Source: Candidatus Limnocylindrales bacterium | Lineage (GTDB): Bacteria > Moduliflexota > Moduliflexia > Moduliflexales > JAUQPW01 | Direction: 5' to 3' | Length of the DNA: 64,000 nt | Assembly (NCBI GenBank): GCA_035559535.1 | Contig: DATMBG010000051.1 | Coordinates: 186,001 to 250,000 of the forward strand | Shown here: in pieces, positions 10,119 to 20,183 of the stretch | Position numbering within the stretch: the stretch's first letter is position 1 | How the letters are laid out: each line of letters begins with the position of its first letter | Made by a program: the position numbers and the translations under genes | The notes under the pieces: generated by a model | Databases searched by the model: none | What the model was told of the DNA's origin: nothing | The model's input: only the letters and a program-made list of their open reading frames with translations

Positions 10119-11113
10119 ATCAAACGAGACGTTTAACCTACTTTTTTTAAAGAGGTTTTGCTTTTTTCTTGCTAGTGAATTATTTCTTAATATGCCGATA
10201 AGAAGTCTTATGTTAACTTCAGGTGGAACTGACCCCCTCCTCCTTCCTCCCCATATTTACGGGCTTTATGACCCCGAAGATAAACCTGCCACCCCCCCTT
10301 CCTAAAAAACCAGGTTCCTCAAAGGATCCGCCTCCTCTTCCCTTCCCCTTTCTGGGACAGGTTTTTTGATCTGCCCCCTCTGACTCCTATAAGTCTCTGG
10401 GATAAGGCACCTCCCCACCCGGTCCCCCCTCCGTTTTACAGTCAAACGGGGACGTTTGACCTTCTAATCTTCCCCTCTCGCTTCGCAGGGGAAGGAACTT
10501 TGAAGCGAAGTTCCCTCTCCTGTAAAATGCCTTACCTTACCCCCATCTCTTGGAAATCTTTGAGAAAGAAGATTAAAGAAGATTTTAGACGAATCTGTTG
10601 AGGAGATCTGAGAGAGGGTTGAACGAAGTGAGAAGATAAAACCGAGGAAAGCCCATTCCCGTCTTGCGTTTCCGATTCTTCCTGGCTCATTCTTTTTATC
10701 CGACAGATGGGGTCTTCCCAGAGTCAAACAAGACGTTAGCAAGGGCGCGGCGCGCGTGCCCCTACGCTTGGGTAATGCAGAGCAGGTCAAACGTCCGGTG
10801 GGTCAAACGTCTCGTTTGACACTTGATATTATATTAAGGAGGCTCTCCTCAGGACCCTCACGCTTATCCTGGCGTGTATACCTCTGACCCCCTTCCCGAC
10901 CCGGAAAAGGTCCAGGCACCGGGTTAAGGGTAAAAAGCCCCACCAGGGGCGAACCGTGGGTGGCCCCTGACTTCCATGAGGGGATTCTCAGACTTAATTC
11001 CCCCATACACAGGGGGGGAAGGAAGGGGGGTTTCCTCAATTCCTAGTTCCCTGGCCGCATTCTGTTAAACAGATCACGGGGGGATAGTAGGGGGCACGAC
11101 CGTGCGCCCCTAC
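10119..11113. repeat. Further REP copies: family 2 at 10119-10141, 10441-10464, 10798-10820; family 1-like at 10741-10765, 10944-10969, 11087-11113
   Basis: 10119-10141 is the exact reverse complement of 7852-7874; gtagggggcacgaccgtgcgcccctac at 11087. Confidence 0.75.
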
Positions 11114-11286
11114 TCTGATTCTCTCCAGGGGATAAAGGAAAGCGGTCGATAGGTACCCCGATCAGGGCACCAACCCGTTATGGGCCTGTCCAGGATTCTC
11201 TCCCTAAGGTTCAGAATACCGGGTTCTTAATATTTGAGAAACCAGGCATCCAATGTCTGATTTTCTGCCTCCCACCGGTTTACCGC

Positions 11287-11925
11287 CTAACCCCCCTCTT
11301 GCTCGGAGATAAATGCTAAAAGACGAGAGTAGATCTCGGCAAAATCCGATCGGAAGTCGTAGGTACGCCCTCCCACTGCAATGGCTATCGACTGGGGCGC
11401 AGCCACCGCCAGTCGAACCAAGGTAACTATTTTACTGGGGGCCTGTAGCGGTAACCTTACTATCCACTCCGTAGCCCGGATCTCCGAAGGAGGCCTTGTT
11501 CGGATGGTTAAGAACGGAATCCCAAACGTCGCATAGGACCAAACCTGTCCCCCTACCGTATCGCTATACCATTCCCATTGCTCGGATTCCTGAGGAATCG
11601 GCATTTTTAATTTACCGGGGTCGAGTCCCATGGCAATCCCTTCAATAAGAAACTTGTCCAGAAGATCTCTAAAAACTTCCCCCAGATACATCATCCTTAC
11701 CACCATGGGAACTATCTGAATTTCATCTACAGAGGGTCCTTTAAGTAATCGGGCATAGTAGGCATGGATTTCTTCGGCTATGGGAGCCTCGATTTCAAAA
11801 AGTTCGACACCCTGAAACAGATCGGTCTCCAGTTGACCTTTTACAGCAAATAAAACTGGTACTACATCGGGAGTTACATAAATGTTTCCATTGCGGATAT
11901 TCGATCGTCTATGTTTTCTTCTCAT
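11287..11925 (-). CDS. Hypothetical protein (212 aa)
   Basis: Long ATG ORF with GGAG RBS and protein-like composition; no recognised family. Confidence 0.7.
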   Translation of the reverse strand: MRRKHRRSNIRNGNIYVTPDVVPVLFAVKGQLETDLFQGVELFEIEAPIAEEIHAYYARLLKGPSVDEIQIVPMVVRMMYLGEVFRDLLDKFLIEGIAMGLDPGKLKMPIPQESEQWEWYSDTVGGQVWSYATFGIPFLTIRTRPPSEIRATEWIVRLPLQAPSKIVTLVRLAVAAPQSIAIAVGGRTYDFRSDFAEIYSRLLAFISEQEGG

Positions 11926-11979
11926 AAGTCTTCTCCAAGGGAGACGAGAAGTGAAAGACTCTCCCGCCTCTTCTCCTCA

Positions 11980-12007
11980 GTACGGGTCGATGGTTATCGA
12001 CCCCTTC
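11980..12007 (+). repeat. REP family 1 variant between two orphan genes
   Basis: gtacgggtcgatggttatcgaccccttc. Confidence 0.7.
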
Positions 12008-12009
12008 AG

Positions 12010-12243
12010 TTAACAACCCCACCAGGATTTTCGATAAGAATTCCAGGAATAGGGTTTGGGCAATTCAGGATGCCGAAACTCATAGCCACTTTGACAGAGG
12101 GTTTCTAGTAGGGCAGGCTGCCAGGCTGTTCTCAAAAACTCCCATAACTGGCCTGCTTTCACTGCCTCAACCACCTGACTACGGAACATAGCATACCTGA
12201 AAAATCCAACAATAATCGCTACAATCTTAATGAGCGTTATCAT
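12010..12243 (-). CDS. Small hypothetical protein (77 aa) with N-terminal hydrophobic helix and Trp/Tyr-rich tail
   Basis: Strong RBS AAGGGAGG upstream of ATG. Confidence 0.65.
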   Translation of the reverse strand: MITLIKIVAIIVGFFRYAMFRSQVVEAVKAGQLWEFLRTAWQPALLETLCQSGYEFRHPELPKPYSWNSYRKSWWGC

Positions 12244-12582
12244 AAACTGAGTCCTCCCTTTTTACCTGTATCCTACGAAGGATTCTTTTATAAGGCACAG
12301 AAAATATCTTCCCAAATTTTCCTTTAATATCTCTCAAATAAACAGGGGTGTCAACCATTCCCGTCAACAAGATTTCAAGCAAGATTTCAAGCTTTTTAGG
12401 GCAATAAAGAAGAGAAAAAAGGGCTTGTGAAAAAAAGAATCTTCACAAAGAACCTGGGGGAAGACACCCCTGTCCCTTTTCTAAGGATTCCTCTAAGATT
12501 ATCCCCCCTTAAGAAAGCATCGCATCTCGTTTTATCTTTAGAAAACCATCGGCTTTAAACCCCTCCTCTCCCCTATCGGAAA

Positions 12583-12637
12583 TAGGGCACGCACGGCCGT
12601 GCGCCCCTAGTACGGGCGGAAGGCCTTCCGCCCCTAC
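12583..12637. repeat. Tandem pair of REP family 1 palindromes
   Basis: tagggcacgcacggccgtgcgcccctag followed by gtacgggcggaaggccttccgcccctac. Confidence 0.8.
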
Positions 12638-12737
12638 TCCGATTTTGTTTAAGGACCGCAATAACTCTCTGGCTTTACCCTGCGCGACGTGGTATATTAC
12701 GCTTAAAATGAGTTGTTTTTTCATTCAGGAGTCATAA

Positions 12738-14678
12738 ATGGCTAAGTTCAATTTTTGGCGCAAACTCTTTAGCGCTTCCTTTAAACGCTGGTTCTTTGAA
12801 AGTCAGATCAAAGAAATACAGGGTCCTCATGGATCGGGAGGTAGGTCCCAGGGATATCCCTGGTACAAAGTCATGTGTTTAACCGGGGTAGACTACTTCT
12901 CTACTTTGGGATATCAGCCGGGAATTGCTTTCTTAGCCGCCGGAATTCTTTCTCCCCTTGCAACCCTGGTTTTAATTTTGTTAACCCTTTTCGGAGCCCT
13001 TCCCATTTATAAACGGGTTGCTGCTTTAAGCCCTCATGGGGAAGGCTCCATTTCCATACTGGAACATCTGCTCCCCTGGTGGAAGGGCAAATTGTTCGTG
13101 CTCTGCCTGCTTGGATTCGTGGCGACAGATTTTATTATTACCATGACCCTATCGGCTGCCGATGCGACCGCCCATATTATTGAAAATCCTTTTACCCCTG
13201 AGTTTCTTCACCATTCAGTTGGTCTTACCTTGATATTAATTACCCTGCTGGGAGCCATTTTCCTCAAAGGCTTTGGAGAGGCCATTGGACTTGCCGTCTT
13301 TTTAGTGGTCCTTTATCTCTCATTAAATTCCATTGTGATAGGTGTAGGACTTTATCAAATCTGGATCTATCCAGAAGTATTCACCGGATGGAAGCAGAGG
13401 TTATTTGAAAGCTGCGGCAGTCCCTGGAGGATGCTGGCGGTAGCGTTGCTTTTGTTTCCCAAACTGGCCCTGGGTCTATCGGGATTTGAAACCGGAGTCG
13501 CTGTCATGCCTCTGGTACAAGGGGACCCCACGGATACTCCTGAACATCCTTCAGGTCGTATCCGCAATACGCAGCGTCTGCTTACCACGGCTGCCCTGAT
13601 CATGAGTGGGATGCTGATGACCAGCAGCCTGGTTACTACCCTGCTTATTCCACCCCATGAATTTCAAGAAGGGGGGGTTGCCAACGGTCGAGCCCTTGCT
13701 TACCTGGCCCACAAATACTTAGGTAATCTATTCGGTACTGCCTACGACGTGAGTACCATTCTCATCCTGTGGTTTGCCGGAGCTTCGGCCATGGCCGGCT
13801 TACTTAATATCGTCCCTCGCTATCTCCCTCGATATGGAATGGCTCCCGAATGGACCCGTGCCCCGAGACCCCTGGTGCTCATCTATACGGCAATCGCTTT
13901 TACCGTAACGATCCTCTTCAACGCCGATGTAAATGCCCAGGGAGGAGCCTATGCTACCGGGGTTTTGGTTTTGATGACGTCTGCTGCCATTGCGGTTACC
14001 TTATCGGTATGGCATGCGGGTTGGAGCCGATGGATTTTCCTGTTGATCACCCTGGTATTTGTTTATACGACCCTGACCAACGTTATCGAGCGACCTGAAG
14101 GTATCAAGATAGCTTCCTTCTTTATAGGTTCTATCCTGATAACTTCCCTGATTTCAAGATTATGGCGGATGACCGAACTTCGGGTAGATAAAATCGAACT
14201 CGATGAGCTGGCTCAGGCATTGATTCAAGAAGCGAATCAGGGTACCATTCGGGTTATCGCCAATCAATGTGATACGGGAGATGTTCAAGAATATCGATTG
14301 AAGGAGCAATTCCAGCGCGAATTTAACCATATGCCGACAGGCGATCCCATCCTTTTCTTCGAGGTAGAGGTTCGAGATGCTTCGGAGTTTACCAGGGTAC
14401 TTCAGGTAAAGGGGATAAGGGTCAATGGGTATCGGGTCCTCCGTGCTGAAGGTACAGCAGTACCAAACGCCATTGCAGCCTTCTTACTCTACCTGCGGGA
14501 CAAAACCGGGAAAATACCCCATGTTTACTTTGAATGGGCCGAAGGAAACCCCATCACCAACCTATTCAAGTATCTCATTTTTGGTGAAGGAGATACCGCC
14601 CCCGTAACCCATGAAGTTCTGCGTCGAGCCGAACCCAATCCCGAGAAACGTCCCAGAGTTCATGTTTCAGGCTGTTAA
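12738..14678 (+). CDS. APC-superfamily transporter with cytoplasmic C-terminal domain
   Basis: [33 protein letters not shown], about 12 TM helices and a soluble C-tail; RBS CAGGAG. Confidence 0.88.
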   Translation: MAKFNFWRKLFSASFKRWFFESQIKEIQGPHGSGGRSQGYPWYKVMCLTGVDYFSTLGYQPGIAFLAAGILSPLATLVLILLTLFGALPIYKRVAALSPHGEGSISILEHLLPWWKGKLFVLCLLGFVATDFIITMTLSAADATAHIIENPFTPEFLHHSVGLTLILITLLGAIFLKGFGEAIGLAVFLVVLYLSLNSIVIGVGLYQIWIYPEVFTGWKQRLFESCGSPWRMLAVALLLFPKLALGLSGFETGVAVMPLVQGDPTDTPEHPSGRIRNTQRLLTTAALIMSGMLMTSSLVTTLLIPPHEFQEGGVANGRALAYLAHKYLGNLFGTAYDVSTILILWFAGASAMAGLLNIVPRYLPRYGMAPEWTRAPRPLVLIYTAIAFTVTILFNADVNAQGGAYATGVLVLMTSAAIAVTLSVWHAGWSRWIFLLITLVFVYTTLTNVIERPEGIKIASFFIGSILITSLISRLWRMTELRVDKIELDELAQALIQEANQGTIRVIANQCDTGDVQEYRLKEQFQREFNHMPTGDPILFFEVEVRDASEFTRVLQVKGIRVNGYRVLRAEGTAVPNAIAAFLLYLRDKTGKIPHVYFEWAEGNPITNLFKYLIFGEGDTAPVTHEVLRRAEPNPEKRPRVHVSGC

Positions 14679-14804
14679 ATTTCTTTCCTTTGAGGAAAGG
14701 TAGCAAAACGGCCTGAATAAACTTATTTTTTTGTTGATCTGCTAAATTCACTCGTTCCTGCTCAAAACCTGGAAGGTCATAACCTTATTTCAAGGAGGAT
14801 CAGA

Positions 14805-15155
14805 ATGAAAATAACACGAATTTATACCGGCTCCGACGGGGAATCCCATTTCGAAGAGATAGAGATTCCCCTCCAGGATCGGGGTGATATAGGTAAACTC
14901 TCCCAGCTTCAAAAGGCCACCGGGATCATTTTCCGGGAAACGGGACCGGATTATGACTACGACTGGCATCCGGCACCGAGAAGGCAGTATGTCATCAACC
15001 TGAGCGGTGAAGTTGAAATAGAGGTAGGAGATGGAACCACCCGTCGATTAGGACCTGGAGATATTCTCCTCGCAGAGGATACGACGGGGCGCGGTCATAG
15101 AAGCCGGGCTGTCAATAACCAACCACGAAAATCAATTTTTGTGACCCTGGACTGA
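14805..15155 (+). CDS. Cupin-domain protein
   Basis: YTGSDGESHF, WHPAPRRQYVI, GDILLAEDTTGRGH; RBS AAGGAGG. Confidence 0.85.
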   Translation: MKITRIYTGSDGESHFEEIEIPLQDRGDIGKLSQLQKATGIIFRETGPDYDYDWHPAPRRQYVINLSGEVEIEVGDGTTRRLGPGDILLAEDTTGRGHRSRAVNNQPRKSIFVTLD

Positions 15156-15333
15156 AAGGACCACAAAGAGACTTCCTAAAACCCTTTTCCATACCATTTC
15201 CCTACCGAGAACCCTACAAACTCGGTAGGGCAGCCTCCTCCCTCCCCGTCCCTGGCTTCCTGGAGTAGTTTAAATAGAAATGTCGTATAACCCGTGAGGC
15301 GAACTTTTAAGAATCGTCCTTCGACCGGACTCA

Positions 15334-15356
15334 GTAGGTCGAGCGTCCCGCTTGAT
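15334..15356 (+). repeat. REP family 2 copy
   Basis: gtaggtcgagcgtcccgcttgat, with a compensated stem. Confidence 0.7.
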
Positions 15357-15394
15357 ATTAATGACCGGGGAGGGGATGAGAACAAGGTCGGGAG

Positions 15395-16528
15395 TTATAA
15401 AACTTTTCCCCCACATAAAGTTAAAGTAGAAACTAACTTTTGAGTTCCGATCATGATACTGCCGTCGACATCGCGAAATTCAAAGGCCCCCTGTTGAAGT
15501 TCAAATACGGCAACATCGGCTACAGCTCCCGGTTTCAAGGTTCCTAGCTTCCCTTCATAACCAATAGCCCGAGCCGGATGAAGGGTTGACATGGTGATAA
15601 CTTCCTCTAAGCTTAATCCCAAATTGAGAAACTTAGACAGCGTAGTCGGCAGATCATAAACTGGGCCGTTGACGTTCAACCGGTGGATATCTGTACTAAG
15701 AACGTCGGGACGAAACCCCTGGGCTAAGGCTTGTCGGGCTGTTTTAAAGGTAAAACTACCCACCCCATGTCCTAAATCCGTAATAACCTGTCGTTCCTGA
15801 AGGGTATAAACCTCCGGTCGGATTTTACCTTCACGGGTCAGGATACTTCCGGGTTCTCCACGAAAGATATGGGTAACGATATCACCGGTACGGAGGGCCG
15901 GGAGAATTTCCCAACGTGTGGGAGGAGGATAAGCGGTATGAACCATCAACGGTTTTCCAATGGCATCTGCTGCTTCTCGAGCTAGCCAGAGAGCAGCCAT
16001 TCCATGAGGACCTGTAGCAAACCGATCCAGACGTACCTTGATTCCCACCACTAAATCCCCGTGCTCCCTGGCTACTTCAATGGCTTTTCCTACATCGGCA
16101 TATCGAAGGTCCTGGAGTTCTCCCAAACCCGGGATATACCCAAAACAGCTCAAACCGGTGTAAGAAATATGAAGAAACGGCAAAATTCGACATCGGCTAC
16201 GTTCAATCACATGTAATCGAAAACCCAAAAAATTACCGGCTCCTGCGCTTCCTGCGTCAATAAAGGTAGTTACCCCACTCCGGGCGGCTATGGGATCTGC
16301 CTCCACCCCAATAGGGATGGCTCCGTGATACACATGGGTATGAAGATCTATAAGGCCCGGGGTTACTAGTTTTCCGGTTACATCGATAACTTGGCCCGCT
16401 TGATCAGCGGAAATATGATCGGCAATCTCTGAAACCTTTCCGTTGGAAATGGCTAAATCCTTTAAAGCATTTAAACCCTGGGACGGATCAATGATCTGTC
16501 CCCCCTGGAGCAACAGGTCGTATTTCAT
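15395..16528 (-). CDS. Metallo-dependent amidohydrolase (dihydroorotase-like / deacetylase family)
   Basis: PGLIDLHTH, GVTTFIDAGSAG, GIKVR, DLGHGVGSF, LSTDIH. Confidence 0.9.
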   Translation of the reverse strand: MKYDLLLQGGQIIDPSQGLNALKDLAISNGKVSEIADHISADQAGQVIDVTGKLVTPGLIDLHTHVYHGAIPIGVEADPIAARSGVTTFIDAGSAGAGNFLGFRLHVIERSRCRILPFLHISYTGLSCFGYIPGLGELQDLRYADVGKAIEVAREHGDLVVGIKVRLDRFATGPHGMAALWLAREAADAIGKPLMVHTAYPPPTRWEILPALRTGDIVTHIFRGEPGSILTREGKIRPEVYTLQERQVITDLGHGVGSFTFKTARQALAQGFRPDVLSTDIHRLNVNGPVYDLPTTLSKFLNLGLSLEEVITMSTLHPARAIGYEGKLGTLKPGAVADVAVFELQQGAFEFRDVDGSIMIGTQKLVSTLTLCGGKVL

Positions 16529-16825
16529 ATTTTTCGTTACCCAGGAGTCGGGAGTCAGAACCCGAATGAACCTATCTTAATTAACTTATGTTTTATCGGG
16601 CTGGTCTTGTGGGATGATCCCATGCTGCTAGTCCGACCTGATTTCTGACTTCAGACTTCCAGCCTTTACAAAATTTTAAAATTTCCTGGTTATAAGCAAA
16701 AAGTACCCGTGTATCATCGGTATGGGCAAAAATAACCCTGTACCTTGAGTTTAATTTTCTCTTTTTATTGATATCAAATTCAGAAAAACCTTCAAGAAGT
16801 TTCTGCAGGTCCTAGGAAATAAGGT

Positions 16826-16850
16826 TAGGGGCACGGCGCGCCGTGCCCTT
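16826..16850. repeat. REP family 1-like palindrome
   Basis: taggggcacggcgcgccgtgccctt. Confidence 0.6.
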
Positions 16851-16940
16851 GACTCTGGTTGACCTTTGGTAGGTCCAGGGCGAAACGATGAGCCCTATGG
16901 AATGTTCCATCTGAAATTGTTATAAAAGAACCGAAACAAC

Positions 16941-16969
16941 TTGACTCTGGGGATTATTGGATTTAATAT
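16941..16969 (+). promoter_or_regulatory. Sigma70-type promoter
   Basis: TTGACT-17 nt-TAATAT upstream of the 17125 gene. Confidence 0.5.
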
Positions 16970-17124
16970 CCTCCCATGGAGGTCATGAGAATTGGCGGAT
17001 AAATTCCCATAACTCAGACTTTATGAAAGGATTCCACGATTTACCTGATGGAAAGTCCGCTTCGTTTTCGTATCTGTAAATTTTTATACCGGAGAATTTT
17101 CCCGGTAGAATTTAAAGGTGATTT

Positions 17125-18162
17125 ATGAAAGCCATTGTACTTAGCGCATTTGGTGGAGTTGACAATCTACAACTTTTAGATTGGCCTAAGCCCAAGCCAA
17201 AACAGACTGAGGTCCGTATTCAAATAAAGGCGATTTCCTTTAATCCGGTGGATTACAAGATGCGCCAGGGCCGTTTTGGTGGGAACTTACCCATGATCCT
17301 CGGTCGTGATTTATCCGGCGTGGTGGATGCTGTAGGAGAGGAGGTAACCGATTTCTCCGTTGGAGATGAAGTCTACGCCTACCTGGGTGGGCCCAGGAGC
17401 AACGGTTCTTATGCCGAGTATGTTTGTGTACCCACCGATTTCGTGGGTAGAAAACCGTTGAATCTGTCGTTTGCCCAGGCCGCCGCCGTTCCATTGGTCG
17501 GATTGACCGCCTATCAATCGGTAATGGATAAAGCCAGGGTCCAGGCTTATGAATCGGTATTTATTGCAGGAGGCTCCGGTGGGGTCGGGACGATGGCTAT
17601 TCAACTCGCTCACTACCTTGGAGCTAAACCCATCCTTACCACTGCCGGAAGTGATCAAAGTGTCCGGTACCTGACCCAAGAGTTGGGTATCTTACCGGCC
17701 CATATCCTCCGTTACCGGGGGCTCTCCCTGGACCAACTCAAAGCACAGGTATTAGAAATGAATGGAGGCAGGTTTGTGGGAGCTGCCTTTGACTTTGTAG
17801 GGGGTCTCATGAAGCAGCTATGCTGTGAGATTATTGATTACGATGGAAGAGTTGTATCCATCGTGGAAGAGCCGGAAGACTTCCATCTCAATATCTGGAA
17901 TGGTCGGAAAAGCCCTTTATTTATCAAGTCCGCAACCTTCCACTTTGAATTACTCAGTGCCCGTGCCATGTTTGGGGGGCCCGAAACCTGGAAGATTTAT
18001 CGAAGAGAACTCAATACTCTGACCGAACTTATCGAGATGGGACATATCCAACCTCCTGCGATTACCCATCTGGGTGAGTTTTCAGTTGAGTCGGTTCGCC
18101 GTGCACATACCTTACTCGAAGAAGGGCATGTGCAGGGGAAATTAGTTTTGTCGGTTAGCTAA
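17125..18162 (+). CDS. NADPH:quinone oxidoreductase-type MDR-family oxidoreductase
   Basis: NPVDYK, GRDLSGVV, GSYAEY, GGSGGVG, GHVQGKLVL; no catalytic Zn cysteines seen. Confidence 0.9.
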   Translation: MKAIVLSAFGGVDNLQLLDWPKPKPKQTEVRIQIKAISFNPVDYKMRQGRFGGNLPMILGRDLSGVVDAVGEEVTDFSVGDEVYAYLGGPRSNGSYAEYVCVPTDFVGRKPLNLSFAQAAAVPLVGLTAYQSVMDKARVQAYESVFIAGGSGGVGTMAIQLAHYLGAKPILTTAGSDQSVRYLTQELGILPAHILRYRGLSLDQLKAQVLEMNGGRFVGAAFDFVGGLMKQLCCEIIDYDGRVVSIVEEPEDFHLNIWNGRKSPLFIKSATFHFELLSARAMFGGPETWKIYRRELNTLTELIEMGHIQPPAITHLGEFSVESVRRAHTLLEEGHVQGKLVLSVS

Positions 18163-18208
18163 AGGTAAAGACCTAAAAACGAACAGCCCGGTACGATTTT
18201 TTATTAAT

Positions 18209-19300
18209 ATGTCCAGGTCAGGATTTAATGGTCTCGGAATGAGTTTGGGGAATCTCCCCCGGTTATCTTCAGCAAAGTCACGGTCCATCAGCCCTGAAAA
18301 TTTTACCGGAGAAAAAGGAAAGGGAGGCATGGCGACCGAAGGGACGGGAGCCAAAGCCGCAAGGGATCTGGGTCGGGGATGGAAGATCTCACCTTCCATC
18401 CGAATGGCTCCCGGTGAGACCTTCACATTGGCCGATATTCAGGGTTCCGGGGCCATTCAACATATATGGATGACACCCACCGGACATTGGAGGCATAGTA
18501 TTCTGCGCATGTATTGGGAGGATTCTGAGAGTCCCTCGGTAGAATGTCCTGTAGGAGATTTCTTTGCCTGTGGGTGGAATCAGTATGCCCAGATTTCTTC
18601 CCTGGCTGTCTGTGTGAATCCGGGGAGTGCCTTCAACTGCTACTGGGAGATGCCTTTCCGTAAGCGGGCCAGGATCACCATGACCAATATCGCTGATGAA
18701 GAAATGACCCTTTACTACCAAATCAACTACACACTAACCGAGGTATCGGAGGAGGTTGCTTATTTTCATGCCCAATTTCGTCGGGTTAATCCGCTACCTT
18801 ATAAAGAGGTCTATACCATTTTGGATGGGGTTAAAGGACAGGGTCATTACGTCGGAACCTACCTGGCCTGGGGGGTTCATAATAACGGCTGGTGGGGAGA
18901 GGGGGAGATCAAATTTTATATCGATGGAGATGACCCGTTCCCGACTATTTGCGGTACCGGTACCGAGGATTATTTTTGCGGATCCTACAATTTTGATGTA
19001 GGTAAGGAAAAAGGAGGGTATCGAGAGTTTACAACTCCCTATTCCGGCTTACCCCAAGTGATTCGACCCGATGGGCTCTATGCTTCCCAAATGCGTTTCG
19101 GCATGTACCGCTGGCATATCATGGACCCTATTCGTTTTGAGAGGGATCTGCGCGTAACTATTCAGGCTCTGGGTTGGCGAAGCGGGCGTCGTTATCTCCC
19201 CCTCCAGGATGATATCGCCTCTGTTGCTTACTGGTATCAAACTTTACCTGCCTCATCCTTCCCGCCGCTACCGGACCGGGATTATTTGGAGATTATTTAA
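18209..19300 (+). CDS. DUF2961 / glycoside hydrolase family 172 protein
   Basis: SISPENFTGEKGKGG, WWGEGEIKFYIDGD, GTGTEDYF, YRWHIMDPIRF. Confidence 0.9.
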   Translation: MSRSGFNGLGMSLGNLPRLSSAKSRSISPENFTGEKGKGGMATEGTGAKAARDLGRGWKISPSIRMAPGETFTLADIQGSGAIQHIWMTPTGHWRHSILRMYWEDSESPSVECPVGDFFACGWNQYAQISSLAVCVNPGSAFNCYWEMPFRKRARITMTNIADEEMTLYYQINYTLTEVSEEVAYFHAQFRRVNPLPYKEVYTILDGVKGQGHYVGTYLAWGVHNNGWWGEGEIKFYIDGDDPFPTICGTGTEDYFCGSYNFDVGKEKGGYREFTTPYSGLPQVIRPDGLYASQMRFGMYRWHIMDPIRFERDLRVTIQALGWRSGRRYLPLQDDIASVAYWYQTLPASSFPPLPDRDYLEII

Positions 19301-19338
19301 AACTTTTACCCCTTTGCCATGAAAAGGCTTTCTCCCTT

Positions 19339-19361
19339 GTCAAACGGGACGTTCGACCTAC
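19339..19361 (-). repeat. REP family 2 copy between convergent genes
   Basis: gtcaaacgggacgttcgacctac. Confidence 0.75.
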
Positions 19362-19414
19362 TGTGGACCTGCTCCTACCCGTTTAAGTGATGTTTCAACA
19401 ACGTAGAAAGGATA

Positions 19415-20182
19415 TTATTTCTTTTCCTTACGTCGGGCAACAAAGGCCGCAACCTTCTCCTTTGCTTCAGGAGTTGCATAGCAAATTTCGAAGGCTGCAG
19501 CCGTAGCGGCATCCCATTGGGAACCCCGCAAGGGGGACATTTGATTGATTAAGACCTTGGTGTGATGGACGGCTGCAGCCGGTAAAGCAGCAAGTTGGCG
19601 GGCAAAGGTTTCCACGTGTTCAATGAGCTGCTCATCGGGAACAACTTCATGGACGAGACCCATGGCCTTTGCCTCCGAGGCCGTTACACGCCTGCAGGCC
19701 ATGGCTATCCATCGAGCATTCGCCCCTCCGATAACATCCACAAGTCGACCCACCGCCCAGGGCGGGGTCCATCCCAACTCAACCTCTGGCATACCCAGGA
19801 CCGCCGAGATCGCAGCAATGCGAAAATCATGATAAACCGCAAGGCCGACCCCACCTCCCAGAACATAACCGTGCAGCATGGCAATCGTTGGTTGGGGCAG
19901 GGTATCCAGAAGCGCAAAGGTATGACCCTGCTCACGCTCAGCCGAGGCTGCTTCTGCCGGTGACAGGGGTGCCAGCTCATGTAAATCACTCCCGGCACAA
20001 AAAGCACGCCCTTCTCCCCGGGTGATGACCACACGGATATCAGATCGTTCCCGCAACTCTCGAAGGTATTCCGCATATTGATGGGTCATTGCTCCATCAA
20101 TAGCATTTAACACCTCCGGACGCTTCAGGGTGAGCCAGGCAATGTTACCGGTGATGGAGAGTGCCACTTTTTCTGTTCCCAT
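19415..20182 (-). CDS. Enoyl-CoA hydratase/isomerase family protein
   Basis: RPEVLNAI, AFCAGSDL, GYVLGGG, MPEVELG. Confidence 0.9.
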   Translation of the reverse strand: MGTEKVALSITGNIAWLTLKRPEVLNAIDGAMTHQYAEYLRELRERSDIRVVITRGEGRAFCAGSDLHELAPLSPAEAASAEREQGHTFALLDTLPQPTIAMLHGYVLGGGVGLAVYHDFRIAAISAVLGMPEVELGWTPPWAVGRLVDVIGGANARWIAMACRRVTASEAKAMGLVHEVVPDEQLIEHVETFARQLAALPAAAVHHTKVLINQMSPLRGSQWDAATAAAFEICYATPEAKEKVAAFVARRKEKK

Positions 20183-20183
20183 T

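Noticed and set aside
9189-11039. Short track ORFs (9189-9476, 9331-9531, 9350-9550, 9657-9848, 9745-10086, 10464-10790, 10803-11039) and 12509-12724 as genes
   Set aside because: They run through REP palindromes, lack RBSs and have non-protein-like composition
12010-12243. RiPP precursor (WNS-containing aromatic tail reminiscent of darobactin/dynobactin cores)
   Set aside because: No adjacent radical SAM, protease or exporter; the resemblance is only a few residues
12640-12737. c-di-AMP (ydaO) riboswitch ahead of the APC transporter
   Set aside because: The leader is short and lacks the conserved motif elements
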